From contig JBIOHI010000001.1 in the NCBI GenBank assembly GCA_044448845.1, positions 1 through 40,799 of the forward strand: DNA of 40,799 nt. The letters run 5' to 3'. Positions 25,696 through 35,900 of this stretch are shown here, piece by piece; position 1 is the stretch's first letter; each line of letters begins with the position of its first letter. Source of the DNA: Bacteroidia bacterium (GTDB taxonomy: Bacteria; Bacteroidota; Bacteroidia; UKL13-3). The translations under genes were made by a program, and so were the position numbers. The notes below the pieces were generated by a model. It was given only the letters and a program-made list of their open reading frames with translations, was not told where the DNA came from and made no database searches.

Positions 25696-26922
25696 TTATG
25701 CAGGAACTTTTCTGCCTCTTTTCTTAATTTTATATATAATGATGCTTGCTACCACCAATAAAGCAATGATTAGATTTAAGTATATCCAGGTTGAAATGCT
25801 TTGAGCTTGTGGAGGAAATGTTTGTTCTGAAATTTGTTGATCCGGTATTTCATTCATGGCAACAACAGGAACCTGTTCGCTTTTTATAGTTGCCGTTTTC
25901 GGTTTTTCAGTGTTTGTCTTTGCAACCTTGGCCATTACAATTTCAGGTGTTTCAAAAATGAATTTATCGCCAATTACTTTTTTGTTTTTTGCTTCAGCAT
26001 TTAATTCCAATTCTCTTTTGCCACCAACGGTTGTATTGGTTGAAGTATATTCGAACTCATAGATCGATTGCATGCGCTGGCTGATTGTAGCATAAATGGA
26101 TTGAAGAGCAGTTGAGGTATTTGCAAAGAAGAACTGACCGTGGGTTTGTTCTGCAATTTGTTGTAGTGTCTTTTGGTTGGCTTCGCCCAATCCGATCAAA
26201 TATACCGGTACATTGTTCTTAACGGCTGCTTCGATCACATCATTTAAGTTATGCTTCGACATGTTGTCTTGTCCATCAGTAAGCACTACCATGAATCTTG
26301 GACCGTACACATTATTCAATTGCTCAAGCCCGGTGATGATTCCGTCATACAAAGCAGTTTTTCCGATTGCTTTGATGCCGTCAACGAACTGATTGATCTT
26401 TTGTTCATTATTGGTGAGGGCAAGCGTTTTATCAACAGAAGAACCAAAACCGGTAATACTTATATAATCCTTTTGAGAATCGAAGGCTGAAACAAATTTT
26501 TTGATTCCGTCTTTGGCGTTGTCTATCGGCATGGTGTAATCATCAGGTACCACCATATAATCATTTTTATCTAAGGTAAAACGCGGGTTGCCACTCTTAT
26601 CAAATAATTGTGACGGGTCATCTTCCATGGAAGCGGAATGATCAACCACCACACTTACATATATTGGTTTGCTTTGAGCAACCTGGCGAATGGTTGAAAC
26701 ATTGTTATTCATTCCATCTTCTTTTACCAGGGCCTTGTTGATGTTCCAGAAAGGGATTCCGTTATTATCTGCTGCGGTGAAAGTAACGGATACTTGAGGA
26801 AACGCTTTTGCATCCACATTGAGGATGTTCAGTTTCACTTCAGAAGTGGTAGGATTTTGTGCGGTTACTGTTAAGCAACTGATGATTCGTGCGGTAACCA
26901 TGATTTGACTAAGAATTTTCAT
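25696..26922 (-). CDS. VWA domain protein with N-terminal signal peptide and C-terminal transmembrane anchor
   Basis: The ATG at 26922 gives MKILSQIMVTARIISCLTVTAQ (the longest ORF starts at TTG 26979). MIDAS 'VVVDHSASM', 'GKTALYDG', 'VVLTDGQDN'. C-terminal TM plus basic tail 'WIYLNLIIALLVVASIIIYKIKKRGRK'. Confidence 0.8.
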   Translation of the reverse strand: MKILSQIMVTARIISCLTVTAQNPTTSEVKLNILNVDAKAFPQVSVTFTAADNNGIPFWNINKALVKEDGMNNNVSTIRQVAQSKPIYVSVVVDHSASMEDDPSQLFDKSGNPRFTLDKNDYMVVPDDYTMPIDNAKDGIKKFVSAFDSQKDYISITGFGSSVDKTLALTNNEQKINQFVDGIKAIGKTALYDGIITGLEQLNNVYGPRFMVVLTDGQDNMSKHNLNDVIEAAVKNNVPVYLIGLGEANQKTLQQIAEQTHGQFFFANTSTALQSIYATISQRMQSIYEFEYTSTNTTVGGKRELELNAEAKNKKVIGDKFIFETPEIVMAKVAKTNTEKPKTATIKSEQVPVVAMNEIPDQQISEQTFPPQAQSISTWIYLNLIIALLVVASIIIYKIKKRGRKVPA

Positions 26923-27247
26923 ACTATTATTATTTAAATGCGATGGTAAAACTATAGCGCGGCAATCACCTTTATACAAGATTTTTTTATTACGTGTAGA
27001 AGAATGAATGAATACCTTTTTATGAACCTTTTGCTGATGTGTGACTATTTTGAAATTGTTGATAATTTTGATAACTAACTGTTAAATTACTGATTTATAA
27101 TGTTTTATAATTAAACATTAATCGCAGATTAAAAAGTATTCCGTCTTTATCTTAAAAATCCGCTCTTAAACTTGAATTTAAGTAAACCCTGCAAAAATGG
27201 TAACTGAATAAATAGCTGAATAAACAAGATGGAACCTAAAAAGCGAT

Positions 27248-27979
27248 CTAACTCAAAACTTCATTGAGTACCTTATTTGATCTCATTTCACCAAAACCGC
27301 TTATATGAATCGAATAAAATGTCGTTAGATGCCCTATTAAAGAATGCCGCTGATCCCTGCTTAGCCTAAGTGTACCTAAAGTTCTGAAGTCTGTTTTTAA
27401 CAGTTGAGAAATCTGTACACTTAATTCAGGACCGAGATGAAAAGAATTTAAATGATCATGAAAAGTAAAGTACCCTTCACGGATATCCAAGGAATTGGTA
27501 CTATCAGAATATTCACCTTTAGGAAAAAATCCAAGATAGCGTGTCAACTGTAACATGAAATATGCCGGAAAATTAGCAAGTGTCTCATTTTCAATATCAA
27601 GTATCTGAATGGAGTGAAATAAGAATTCAAATAAAGGAAGGTCGGTATGGTCTTCTTCACGAATGCATTTATTCAGTAATTCAGAGATAAAGATCCCAAC
27701 CGCACTATGAATTACTTCGTAATGAATATGCCTTAACATCGGGAAACATTTAAGTTCTTTTATCCTTTTCAGGTTTTTATTTTCCTGGTGGTAGGTCTCA
27801 AGTTCAAGCAAGGTGAGCGGTTGTAACTGAGAATTACGTATGCTCCCTTTTTTTGACCGCACCCCGTTAACCATATAGCTTTGGAGTCCATACTTATCTG
27901 TAAAGCACTTCAATACTACGCTGCTTTCCGAATAGTGGACTGTTTTTATTACAATCGCCCGGCATTTTGTTAGCGCCAT
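27248..27979 (-). CDS. recO: DNA repair/recombination protein RecO
   Basis: 243 aa. The N-terminal OB-fold region 'CRAIVIKTVHYSESSVVLKCFTDKYGLQSYMVNGVRSKKG' is typical of RecO. Confidence 0.85.
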   Translation of the reverse strand: MALTKCRAIVIKTVHYSESSVVLKCFTDKYGLQSYMVNGVRSKKGSIRNSQLQPLTLLELETYHQENKNLKRIKELKCFPMLRHIHYEVIHSAVGIFISELLNKCIREEDHTDLPLFEFLFHSIQILDIENETLANFPAYFMLQLTRYLGFFPKGEYSDSTNSLDIREGYFTFHDHLNSFHLGPELSVQISQLLKTDFRTLGTLRLSRDQRHSLIGHLTTFYSIHISGFGEMRSNKVLNEVLS

Positions 27980-28039
27980 TCAGACAGGAATTAATATGTA
28001 AATAAATTTAACCTAATTTGCCAAAGGATCATCACGGGC

Positions 28040-30355
28040 TCAGTTAATCACTAATATCTTTCCCACCCAGGTATCAGATGCATCGTCATTGGATGAATAG
28101 ATAAGGTAAACACCTGTTGCAACCCGCTTACCATTAAAATTCTGGGCGTTCCAGGTGATCATTCCCCCGTTCGAAATGGCTTCATAGACAAGGTTACCAG
28201 CTATATCCGTGATTTTTACATGAGCATTATTCACAAGCCCGCGGATAGCTATCAAGCCTTGATATTCCGGACGCACTGGGTTTGGATAAACAATTACATC
28301 ACCGTGAGTATCTCCACCGGCTGTTGCATTTCCCATATAAGAAATCATGCCTTTATCAGTAGCAAAAAAGACCTCTCCTGTTTTATCGTTTATTCCTATA
28401 TCATAAATGATATTGGATAAAAGGGGGCTATTAGCGGTAGTAAAATTCTTCAGGACTGTATAACCGTCAGGAGACACAAGCCACGCACCATTTCTTGTTC
28501 CTATCCACTTTCGATTAGCTGCATCCAACCGGATACAATAGATTGCTTCGGTACCAAGAAAATTAGAATAAACAAGGCCGGTTTTTATCACCAGCTGGTG
28601 TGAGTCGTAATCTGCATTTGGAACAAAAATATTTCCCGGGTTACTAAAAATGCACAAGCCCTGATCCGTTCCAACCCACATTTCGCCTTTTTGGTCTTTG
28701 GTGACACAAAGAACAGTATTGCTGGGCAAATACCCCTTTTGTTTGTCTTTCTGCAGCATTTTAAACTGGTTGCTTGCCGGTGTATATTCGGGATGTCCGT
28801 TATCATTAAAAACAATAATGCCTCCCGCATGAGTCGAAAATACCCACTTATTATTATAATCATCCGTAGTAATAAAACCCAGGTAAGTTTCGGATTGCAT
28901 TCCATCCACTACACTCGGAAGTTTGTATGAATACCATTGTCCTCCCGCAGTTCTTACACTGATCGGATTTGTAGCTCCAAAATTACTCACCCACATATTT
29001 CCGAATTTATCGAAGCAGGCGCCTGAAACACTCATTGATTTCATGGAACTATTCCCGGTGTCATAAACGTTGATCAAACCGTTCGAAGCCGTCAATTCAA
29101 AAATTCCGTTGAGAAAGGACGACAGGAAGATGTGATTGTTAAGGGGATTGACGGATACATCAGTAAAATCGCGTCCCGAAATAATTCGTGTGTCGGAGGA
29201 GGTTTTGTAATTAATCCATAAGTTGTCTATGAAACGATAAAATTTATTATTGTTATAAGTCGGTCCCCAGCCTGAACTGGTTCCGAAATTATTAACTGAG
29301 CCACCCGCCACCCACAGTGAATTATCACCCTGATTATAGGCCATGCGCATGGCGGTCTTGGCAAATGGCCCCGGTGGTGCAAAATAATCAACACTTCCGT
29401 CAGGGTGCTTGTAAACCAAACCGGAATTATAACCAATCGCATACAATTCATCGGATCCCGAAAGTAATCCACCGGTCGAATTTGGCAAATTGAAGGTATG
29501 CAGGTATCCTGTTTGATCTTCCACAAAAATATTCATGGTAGTTACACTCACCAGATTTTCGTGATTGATGTTAAGTGAAATTGGGTTTTTTACGACCGCA
29601 GCATATGGATTAAAATTGATACCATCCACGGAAGTTTGTAATACCGAATCGACCACTGCATAAAGCGTGTCATGAAAAACAGCCATTAATGAACTGAACT
29701 GTGAAGATTTTGTTTGACTCCATTTATGATAATCACTTAAATTCAATTCATTCTGATTGGCACGATTGATACCTTTGGCAGTGCTTGCATAAATATAATT
29801 TTGATAAAATTCCACGTCCAGGACTTCGAGGTCGGCACCATTCACTCCCAGGCCGATATAGGAATCGATGATCATTTTAAGCCCCAGGTCAATCACTACG
29901 ATTCCGAAACTGCATGAAAGATAAACTTTGTTGTTATGGAAAGAAACATTGTTGATTCTTTTAGTTCCGATCATCACTTTTGCAAAAATATCGCTGATAT
30001 TAAAAATGGTTCCGCTTTGAATGATATCGATATTGGCATCCTGGTAAATCACCGCGATGATTCCCGAAACCGGATCTGACGCGAGCAAGCTTACCTCTAC
30101 ATCGGAGAGTCCGCTTACTTTCGAAAGTACCTCAATAGACTTATCTTTTTCATTGAAAGTAAAAATTCCACTTGGCGAGCCAACATAAATTTTATTTCCG
30201 CTTTCCGTCAGGGCGTTATTATTTGCAAACGGAAGATGAACTCTCCAGCCTTCAGTAGCCGGAACCATAGACTGTGCGCAGCTTTCAACCTTAAAATAAA
30301 ACACAAGGAAAAGAATTATTCCTGCCTCGACTATTTTTAGGGTTCTTTGAAACAT
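28040..30355 (-). CDS. Beta-propeller (two-component-regulator-propeller type) protein with T9SS C-terminal sorting domain; architecture and size resemble PorZ
   Basis: 771 aa with a signal peptide. Repeated propeller blades ('KWIGTRNGAW', 'EMWVGTDQGL', 'VFFATDKGM'). C-terminus 'VIVYPNPVRPEYQGLIAIRGL...VKITDIAGNLVYE...NGKRVATGVYLIYSS...GKILVIN' is a T9SS CTD. Confidence 0.6.
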   Translation of the reverse strand: MFQRTLKIVEAGIILFLVFYFKVESCAQSMVPATEGWRVHLPFANNNALTESGNKIYVGSPSGIFTFNEKDKSIEVLSKVSGLSDVEVSLLASDPVSGIIAVIYQDANIDIIQSGTIFNISDIFAKVMIGTKRINNVSFHNNKVYLSCSFGIVVIDLGLKMIIDSYIGLGVNGADLEVLDVEFYQNYIYASTAKGINRANQNELNLSDYHKWSQTKSSQFSSLMAVFHDTLYAVVDSVLQTSVDGINFNPYAAVVKNPISLNINHENLVSVTTMNIFVEDQTGYLHTFNLPNSTGGLLSGSDELYAIGYNSGLVYKHPDGSVDYFAPPGPFAKTAMRMAYNQGDNSLWVAGGSVNNFGTSSGWGPTYNNNKFYRFIDNLWINYKTSSDTRIISGRDFTDVSVNPLNNHIFLSSFLNGIFELTASNGLINVYDTGNSSMKSMSVSGACFDKFGNMWVSNFGATNPISVRTAGGQWYSYKLPSVVDGMQSETYLGFITTDDYNNKWVFSTHAGGIIVFNDNGHPEYTPASNQFKMLQKDKQKGYLPSNTVLCVTKDQKGEMWVGTDQGLCIFSNPGNIFVPNADYDSHQLVIKTGLVYSNFLGTEAIYCIRLDAANRKWIGTRNGAWLVSPDGYTVLKNFTTANSPLLSNIIYDIGINDKTGEVFFATDKGMISYMGNATAGGDTHGDVIVYPNPVRPEYQGLIAIRGLVNNAHVKITDIAGNLVYEAISNGGMITWNAQNFNGKRVATGVYLIYSSNDDASDTWVGKILVIN

Positions 30356-30434
30356 CCTTCCTTAACGTTTATCGAATTTAAATAGTGTAATTTGTTTGAT
30401 GCGAAAATAGAAAATATTAGCAAAGGATTTTTTC

Positions 30435-30442
30435 TATTTTTG
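30435..30442 (+). promoter_or_regulatory. TAnnTTTG (-7) motif upstream of the MMPL/RND gene
   Basis: TATTTTTG ends 10 nt before ATG 30453. Confidence 0.3.
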
Positions 30443-30452
30443 CCGACCTTTT

Positions 30453-32813
30453 ATGTGGAATTTATTCGGGAGATTCATTATTCGCTATCGTTTGGCCATT
30501 CTTGTTTTAACTGGCTTGTCAACGATTTATGCTGTGTACGAAGCTTCACAGGTCCAGCTTTCTTATGATTTTGCCAAAATTATCCCGGCCGATGACCCGG
30601 ATTATATAGATTATGTAAAATTTAAGGAAATGTTTGGTGAAGATGGAAACATCATGGTGGTTGGGATCAAAAGTGACAAACTTTTCGAGAAAGATTTTTT
30701 TAATGCCTGGCATCGACTGGCAGATGACATTGAACAGATCGAAGGAGTGGAAAAAGTGGTTTCATTTGGTAATATTTATTCGCTCTATAAGAATGAAGAT
30801 AAGCACCTTATTGAACTAAAACCTCTGTTGAACGGAACATTTTCTACCCAGCATGACGTGGATTCATTCAAACAGATTATTTTATCCCTTCCTTTTTACA
30901 AAGGATTATTGTACAACCCGGAAACCGGTGTAACCCTTGCTGCCATTACACTTACTAAATCAAAACTTGATTCGAAAGAACGGATACCGCTGGTTGAAAA
31001 AATTGAAAAGCGATGCAAGCTTTTCGAAACCGAACGAAATATCACGGTTCATTTTTCCGGATTACCCTACGTACGAACCATCTATTCATCAAAGGTAGCC
31101 GACGAGATAAAGTTGTTCACCTATCTTTCCGTGCTGATCACTGCCATATTCATTTATATTTTCTTCCGGTTTTTCTCTGCGGTTATTTTTTCACTCGTAG
31201 TGGTCATCATTTCGGTGGTGTTCACCCTGGCAAGTATCCATTTTTTCGGTTACCGTATCAATTTGCTTACCGGGATTATTCCACCGTTGATCGTCATCAT
31301 CGGAATTCAAAACTGCATTTACCTGCTGAATGTGTATCACCAGGAATTTCGCATTCATGGAAATAAAATGCTTGCGATCATACGGTTGATCTCTAAGAAC
31401 GGGCTTCCCTTATTTTTAACCAACGTGACCACAGCCGTTGGGTTTTGCGTTTTCAGTTTCTCAGGAAGTGCGATCCTCGATCAATTCTCGGTGATCTCCG
31501 GAATCAACATCATGCTGGTGTATATTCTCTCGCTGGTTTTCATTCCGATCGTTTACAGTTACCTTCCTCCCCCGAAATTAAAACACACCAGACACCTTGA
31601 TTCTGTGAGGCTCAATAAAGTGATGAGTTGGTGCATTCACGTGGTTTATAATTACCGCAGGATTATTTATGTTGTTACCTTTTTATTATGTGTGATCTCT
31701 GTTTGGGGTTCGTTAAAAATAAAATCGCTGGGATATGTTATCGATGACTTGCCTCAGCACGACAAAGTTTATACCGATCTGAAATTTTTTGAGAATAACC
31801 TGAAAGGGGTGTTGCCTTTCGAAATAAAGATCGACACCAAAAATGAAGACGGGGTAAAAGATTACGCTACACTTCAAAAAATCAATTTGCTGGAGAAAGA
31901 ACTCTCCGGCTATCCTGAATTTTCAAAACCGGTGAGTATCGTTGATTTCCTGAAATTCGCCAACCAGAGTTACCACGGTGGCGACCAGCGATATTACCTT
32001 ATTCCTAATGTCCTCGACATTTCCAATATCATTTCTTATTTGCCGAAACAACATGACCCATCCGGCAAACGAAACCTCCTGCATTCGATAGTTGACAGCA
32101 CTTTCCGGTACACTCGCGTAACCATCCAGATGGCGGATATAGGTTCTGAAAAAATGAAAATTATTTCACAAAAGGTGAGAAATAAAGCAGATGAGATTTT
32201 CCCTAAGGATCAATATAATGTGTCTGTCACCGGAACCAGCCTCATCTTTTTAAAGGGAAATGATTACCTCATTCAAAATCTTTTTCAAAGCATGATCATC
32301 GCTTTGATCATCATTTCGCTGATGATGGCTTTCCTTTTTTTCAGTTGGAAAATGGTGGTCATCTCGCTCGTGCCTAATATCGTTCCTTTACTGATGACTC
32401 TTGGAATCATGGGCTTTTTCGATATCCGGCTGAAACCTTCCACGATCATTATTTTCAGCATCGCCTATGGTATCGTGGTGGATTTCACGATCCATTACCT
32501 GGCCAAATACAGGCATGCACTTCAAAAAAATAACTGGAATATGAAACGTGCAATCCCACTCTCACTCATCGAAGCAGGGCCGAGTATCATTTATACCGCC
32601 ATTGCTTTATTTTTCGGTTTCATCATCTTCGCCCTTTCCAATTTTGGCGGAACTGTTGCACTCGGGGTGCTCACTTCCCTTTCACTTCTTTTCGGGATGT
32701 TGATGAACCTGTTATTGCTTCCGGCTTTGCTTCTTTCTCTCGAGAAACGAATTAATTCCAGGAAAGAATTCAGTAAAAGCATTGTTGATATTGAACCTGA
32801 AGCGGGTGAATGA
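30453..32813 (+). CDS. MMPL/RND-superfamily exporter (COG1033-like)
   Basis: 786 aa. Two soluble loops are each followed by a bundle of about 5-6 TM segments (aa ~215-370 and ~610-760), the duplicated RND/SSD-like topology. Confidence 0.8.
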   Translation: MWNLFGRFIIRYRLAILVLTGLSTIYAVYEASQVQLSYDFAKIIPADDPDYIDYVKFKEMFGEDGNIMVVGIKSDKLFEKDFFNAWHRLADDIEQIEGVEKVVSFGNIYSLYKNEDKHLIELKPLLNGTFSTQHDVDSFKQIILSLPFYKGLLYNPETGVTLAAITLTKSKLDSKERIPLVEKIEKRCKLFETERNITVHFSGLPYVRTIYSSKVADEIKLFTYLSVLITAIFIYIFFRFFSAVIFSLVVVIISVVFTLASIHFFGYRINLLTGIIPPLIVIIGIQNCIYLLNVYHQEFRIHGNKMLAIIRLISKNGLPLFLTNVTTAVGFCVFSFSGSAILDQFSVISGINIMLVYILSLVFIPIVYSYLPPPKLKHTRHLDSVRLNKVMSWCIHVVYNYRRIIYVVTFLLCVISVWGSLKIKSLGYVIDDLPQHDKVYTDLKFFENNLKGVLPFEIKIDTKNEDGVKDYATLQKINLLEKELSGYPEFSKPVSIVDFLKFANQSYHGGDQRYYLIPNVLDISNIISYLPKQHDPSGKRNLLHSIVDSTFRYTRVTIQMADIGSEKMKIISQKVRNKADEIFPKDQYNVSVTGTSLIFLKGNDYLIQNLFQSMIIALIIISLMMAFLFFSWKMVVISLVPNIVPLLMTLGIMGFFDIRLKPSTIIIFSIAYGIVVDFTIHYLAKYRHALQKNNWNMKRAIPLSLIEAGPSIIYTAIALFFGFIIFALSNFGGTVALGVLTSLSLLFGMLMNLLLLPALLLSLEKRINSRKEFSKSIVDIEPEAGE

Positions 32814-32875
32814 GTCCCTGATTCCGTCCTTTTATATATTAATTTCAACTCCTATTTTCGCACACTTTTAAAGAA

Positions 32876-32927
32876 GCGAGTTGGCGAAATAGTAAAATGG
32901 CGAGTTATAGGTATTCCAACTCGCCAT
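32876..32927 (+). promoter_or_regulatory. Two mutually exclusive hairpins in the ileS upstream region
   Basis: GCGAGTTGG (32876-32884) and ATGGCGAGTT (32897-32906) can each pair perfectly with the overlapping 3' arm CCAACTCGCCAT (32916-32927), giving a 9-bp or a 10-bp stem. Confidence 0.4.
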
Positions 32928-32957
32928 CTCACTGTCTCTCCGTCTCACCAACTAATA

Positions 32958-35900
32958 ATGAAATACAAAGAATATAAAAAACTTGATTTCCCCGCTTTCG
33001 AAGCCGAAGTGCTGAAGTTCTGGAAAGAAAAAGACGTCTTCGGTGAAAGTGTTTCTTCACGCGAGGGGAAACCGTCCTTTGTTTTTTATGAGGGACCTCC
33101 GAGTGCGAACGGGATCCCAGGAATTCATCACGTGATGGCACGCGCAGTTAAAGATATTTTCTGCCGGTATAAAACACTCAAAGGCTTCCAGGTGAAACGC
33201 AAAGGTGGCTGGGATACGCACGGTTTGCCGATCGAATTGCAGGTGGAAAAATCACTTGGGATCACCAAAGACGATATCGGAAAAAAGATCTCCGTTGCCG
33301 AATACAACGAAGCCTGCCGCAGGGATGTGATGAAGTACCAGGACCTTTGGGAAAAACTTACCGAGCAAATGGGCTATTGGGTAGATATGAGAGATCCTTA
33401 CATCACCTATAAAAATGATTACATCGAAACGCTCTGGTACCTGTTAAAAAAATTATACGACAAAGGTTTATTGTATAAAGGTTACACTATTCAGCCATAC
33501 TCGCCCGCGGCTGGAACAGGTTTAAGTTCTCATGAATTGAACCAGCCGGGAACGTATAAAGATGTGAAGGATACAACTGTTGTTGCGCAGTTTCGTATTA
33601 TTCCAAATCAAAAAGTCCTCTCCTTTGGAGAGGATTTAGGTGAGGTGTATTTTTTAGCTTGGACAACCACACCATGGACTTTGCCATCGAATTGCGCATT
33701 GGCTGTTGGAGAAAAAATTGATTACGTTGTTGTAAAAACATTCAACCCGTATTCCCATAAATCTGTCACCGTCATTCTTGCAAAAAATTTATTGAATAAA
33801 TATTTCCCGGAAGAAAATGCTTCCATAAAATTAGAAGAATACAAATCCGGTGATAAAAAAATTCCTTTTGAAATTATCAAAGAAGTTAAAGGCAAATACC
33901 TTGAAGGAATCCGGTACGAACAACTGCTTCCATTCGTGAAGCCTGATAATGGAGATGCTTTCAAAGTAATAATCGGAGATTTTGTTACTACCGAAGACGG
34001 AACCGGCATCGTTCATATTGCCCCGAGTTTCGGTGCGGATGATTTTCGCGTGGCAAAACAAAACGGAATTGGAAGTTTAACACTCGTTGATAAACGAGGA
34101 AGATTTTTAGACGATGTGAAAGATGATTTGTTTCTTTATGGAGGAGAATATGTGAAAGAAGAATACCTCACCGATCAAGAAAAAAAAACAGAACTCGAAA
34201 TTCAAAAGAAGAAACTCAGCGGATTCATCAAAGACACGAGCAATCTTCATTATTTGAGTGTAGATGAAAGGATAGCTCTTAAACTTCAAAATGAAAATAA
34301 ACTTTTCAAAAAGGAAAAATACGACCACACCTATCCGCATTGCTGGCGCACTGACAAACCTATTTTATATTATCCATTAGAAAGTTGGTTCATAAAAACT
34401 ACTGCTGCAAAAGACCGGTTAGTGGAACTCAACAAAACCATCAACTGGAAACCCGAAAGCACCGGAACAGGAAGGTTTGGCAACTGGCTTGAAAATTTGG
34501 TAGACTGGAATTTGTCACGATCAAGATATTGGGGAACACCGTTGCCGATCTGGAAAACAAAAGATGGCAGTGAAGAGAAGTGCATTGGATCAATTGCTGA
34601 ATTAAATCTGGAAATAAAAAAATCTGTTGATGCCGGGTTTATGAATTCTTCTTTCGAATTGAAAGACCTTCATAAGCCGTATGTAGATGAGATCATTTTA
34701 GTTTCATCTGATGGAGTGCAAATGTTTCGTGAACCTGATCTCATTGATGTGTGGTTCGACAGCGGTGCCATGCCTTATGCACAATGGCATTGGCCATTTG
34801 AAAATGAAAATGTCTTCAGGAAAAATTTTCCGGCAGACTTCATTGCCGAAGGTGTAGATCAAACCCGCGGTTGGTTTTTTACCCTCCACGCACTATCTGT
34901 TTTGCTTTTCGATTCGGTCTCTTATAAAAATGTGATCGCAAACGGACTGGTGCTCGATAAAAACGGAAATAAAATGAGCAAACGCCTGGGAAATGCTGTT
35001 GACCCTTTCGATACCATCGCAAAATATGGTGCCGATGCCACGCGCTTTTATATGCTCACCAACGCGGATCCCTGGGACAATCTGAAATTTGATATGGATG
35101 GAGTGGCGGAAGTGCAACGAAAATTTTTTGCAACACTCTACAATGTCTATTCATTTTTCGCTTTGTACGCAAATATTGATGGCTTTAAATATCAGGAAAA
35201 AGAAATTCCATTGAATGATCGTCCGGAGATTGACCGTTGGATATTATCCCTGCTTAATTCACTGGTAAAAAAAGTGGAAACGCACATGGAAGATTATAAC
35301 CCGACACCGGCAACACGGGCTGTTTACGATTTTGTCGGGGAGCATTTGAGCAACTGGTACGTGAGGCTTTGCCGGAGAAGATTCTGGAAAGGCGAATATT
35401 CAACTGACAAGATATCTGCCTATCAAACTTTATATACCTGCATGGAAACAGTGGCAAAATTGATGAGCCCTTTCGCTCCGTTTTACTCTGAAACTTTATA
35501 CCAGGATTTGAATTCGATTACCGGAAAAAATAAAAACCTGTCGGTACACCTTACCGATTTTCCGTTAGTGAATGAAAAGATGATCGACCCTATCCTGGAA
35601 GAACAAATGGAATATGCCCAGGTAATATCGTCACTGGTTTTATCCATCCGTAAAATAGAAAACATCAAAGTAAGACAACCTTTGCAAAAAATATTAATAC
35701 CGGTTGTCGACCCAAAAATCAAAGAAGAAATCGTTCACGTAAAAGACCTCATCTTATCGGAAGTAAATGTGAAGGAATTGGTGTTTATCGAAAAGATCGA
35801 TAAGTCCATCAAACCCAATTTTAAAGTTCTTGGAAAAAAAGCCGGCCCGAAAATGAAAGCTCTTTCGTCCTCGATTGCTTTATTTTCCCAGGAGCAGATA

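Noticed and set aside
25526-25804. 92-aa hydrophobic plus-strand ORF in or near the VWA-pseudoprotease spacer
   Set aside because: Its last ~36 codons overlap the C-terminal TM anchor and basic tail of the minus-strand VWA protein, which looks genuine. The ORF starts at TTG (ATG at 25538) and has no supporting motif. I cannot fully exclude a real small membrane protein, but I treat it as probably spurious.
26923-27247. Long AT-rich spacer as a possible ncRNA or small gene (hairpin TAATGTTT-N7-AAACATTA at 27098-27120; 24-codon ORF 27004-27078)
   Set aside because: The stem is 8 bp and AT-only. I recognised no known RNA family motif, and the micro-ORF has no support. The region most likely carries the promoter of the VWA gene and the 3' region of recO.
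32929-33141. 70-aa minus-strand ORF overlapping the ileS start
   Set aside because: It is antisense to the conserved ileS N-terminus, and its Arg/Ser/His-rich composition is typical of a shadow ORF.
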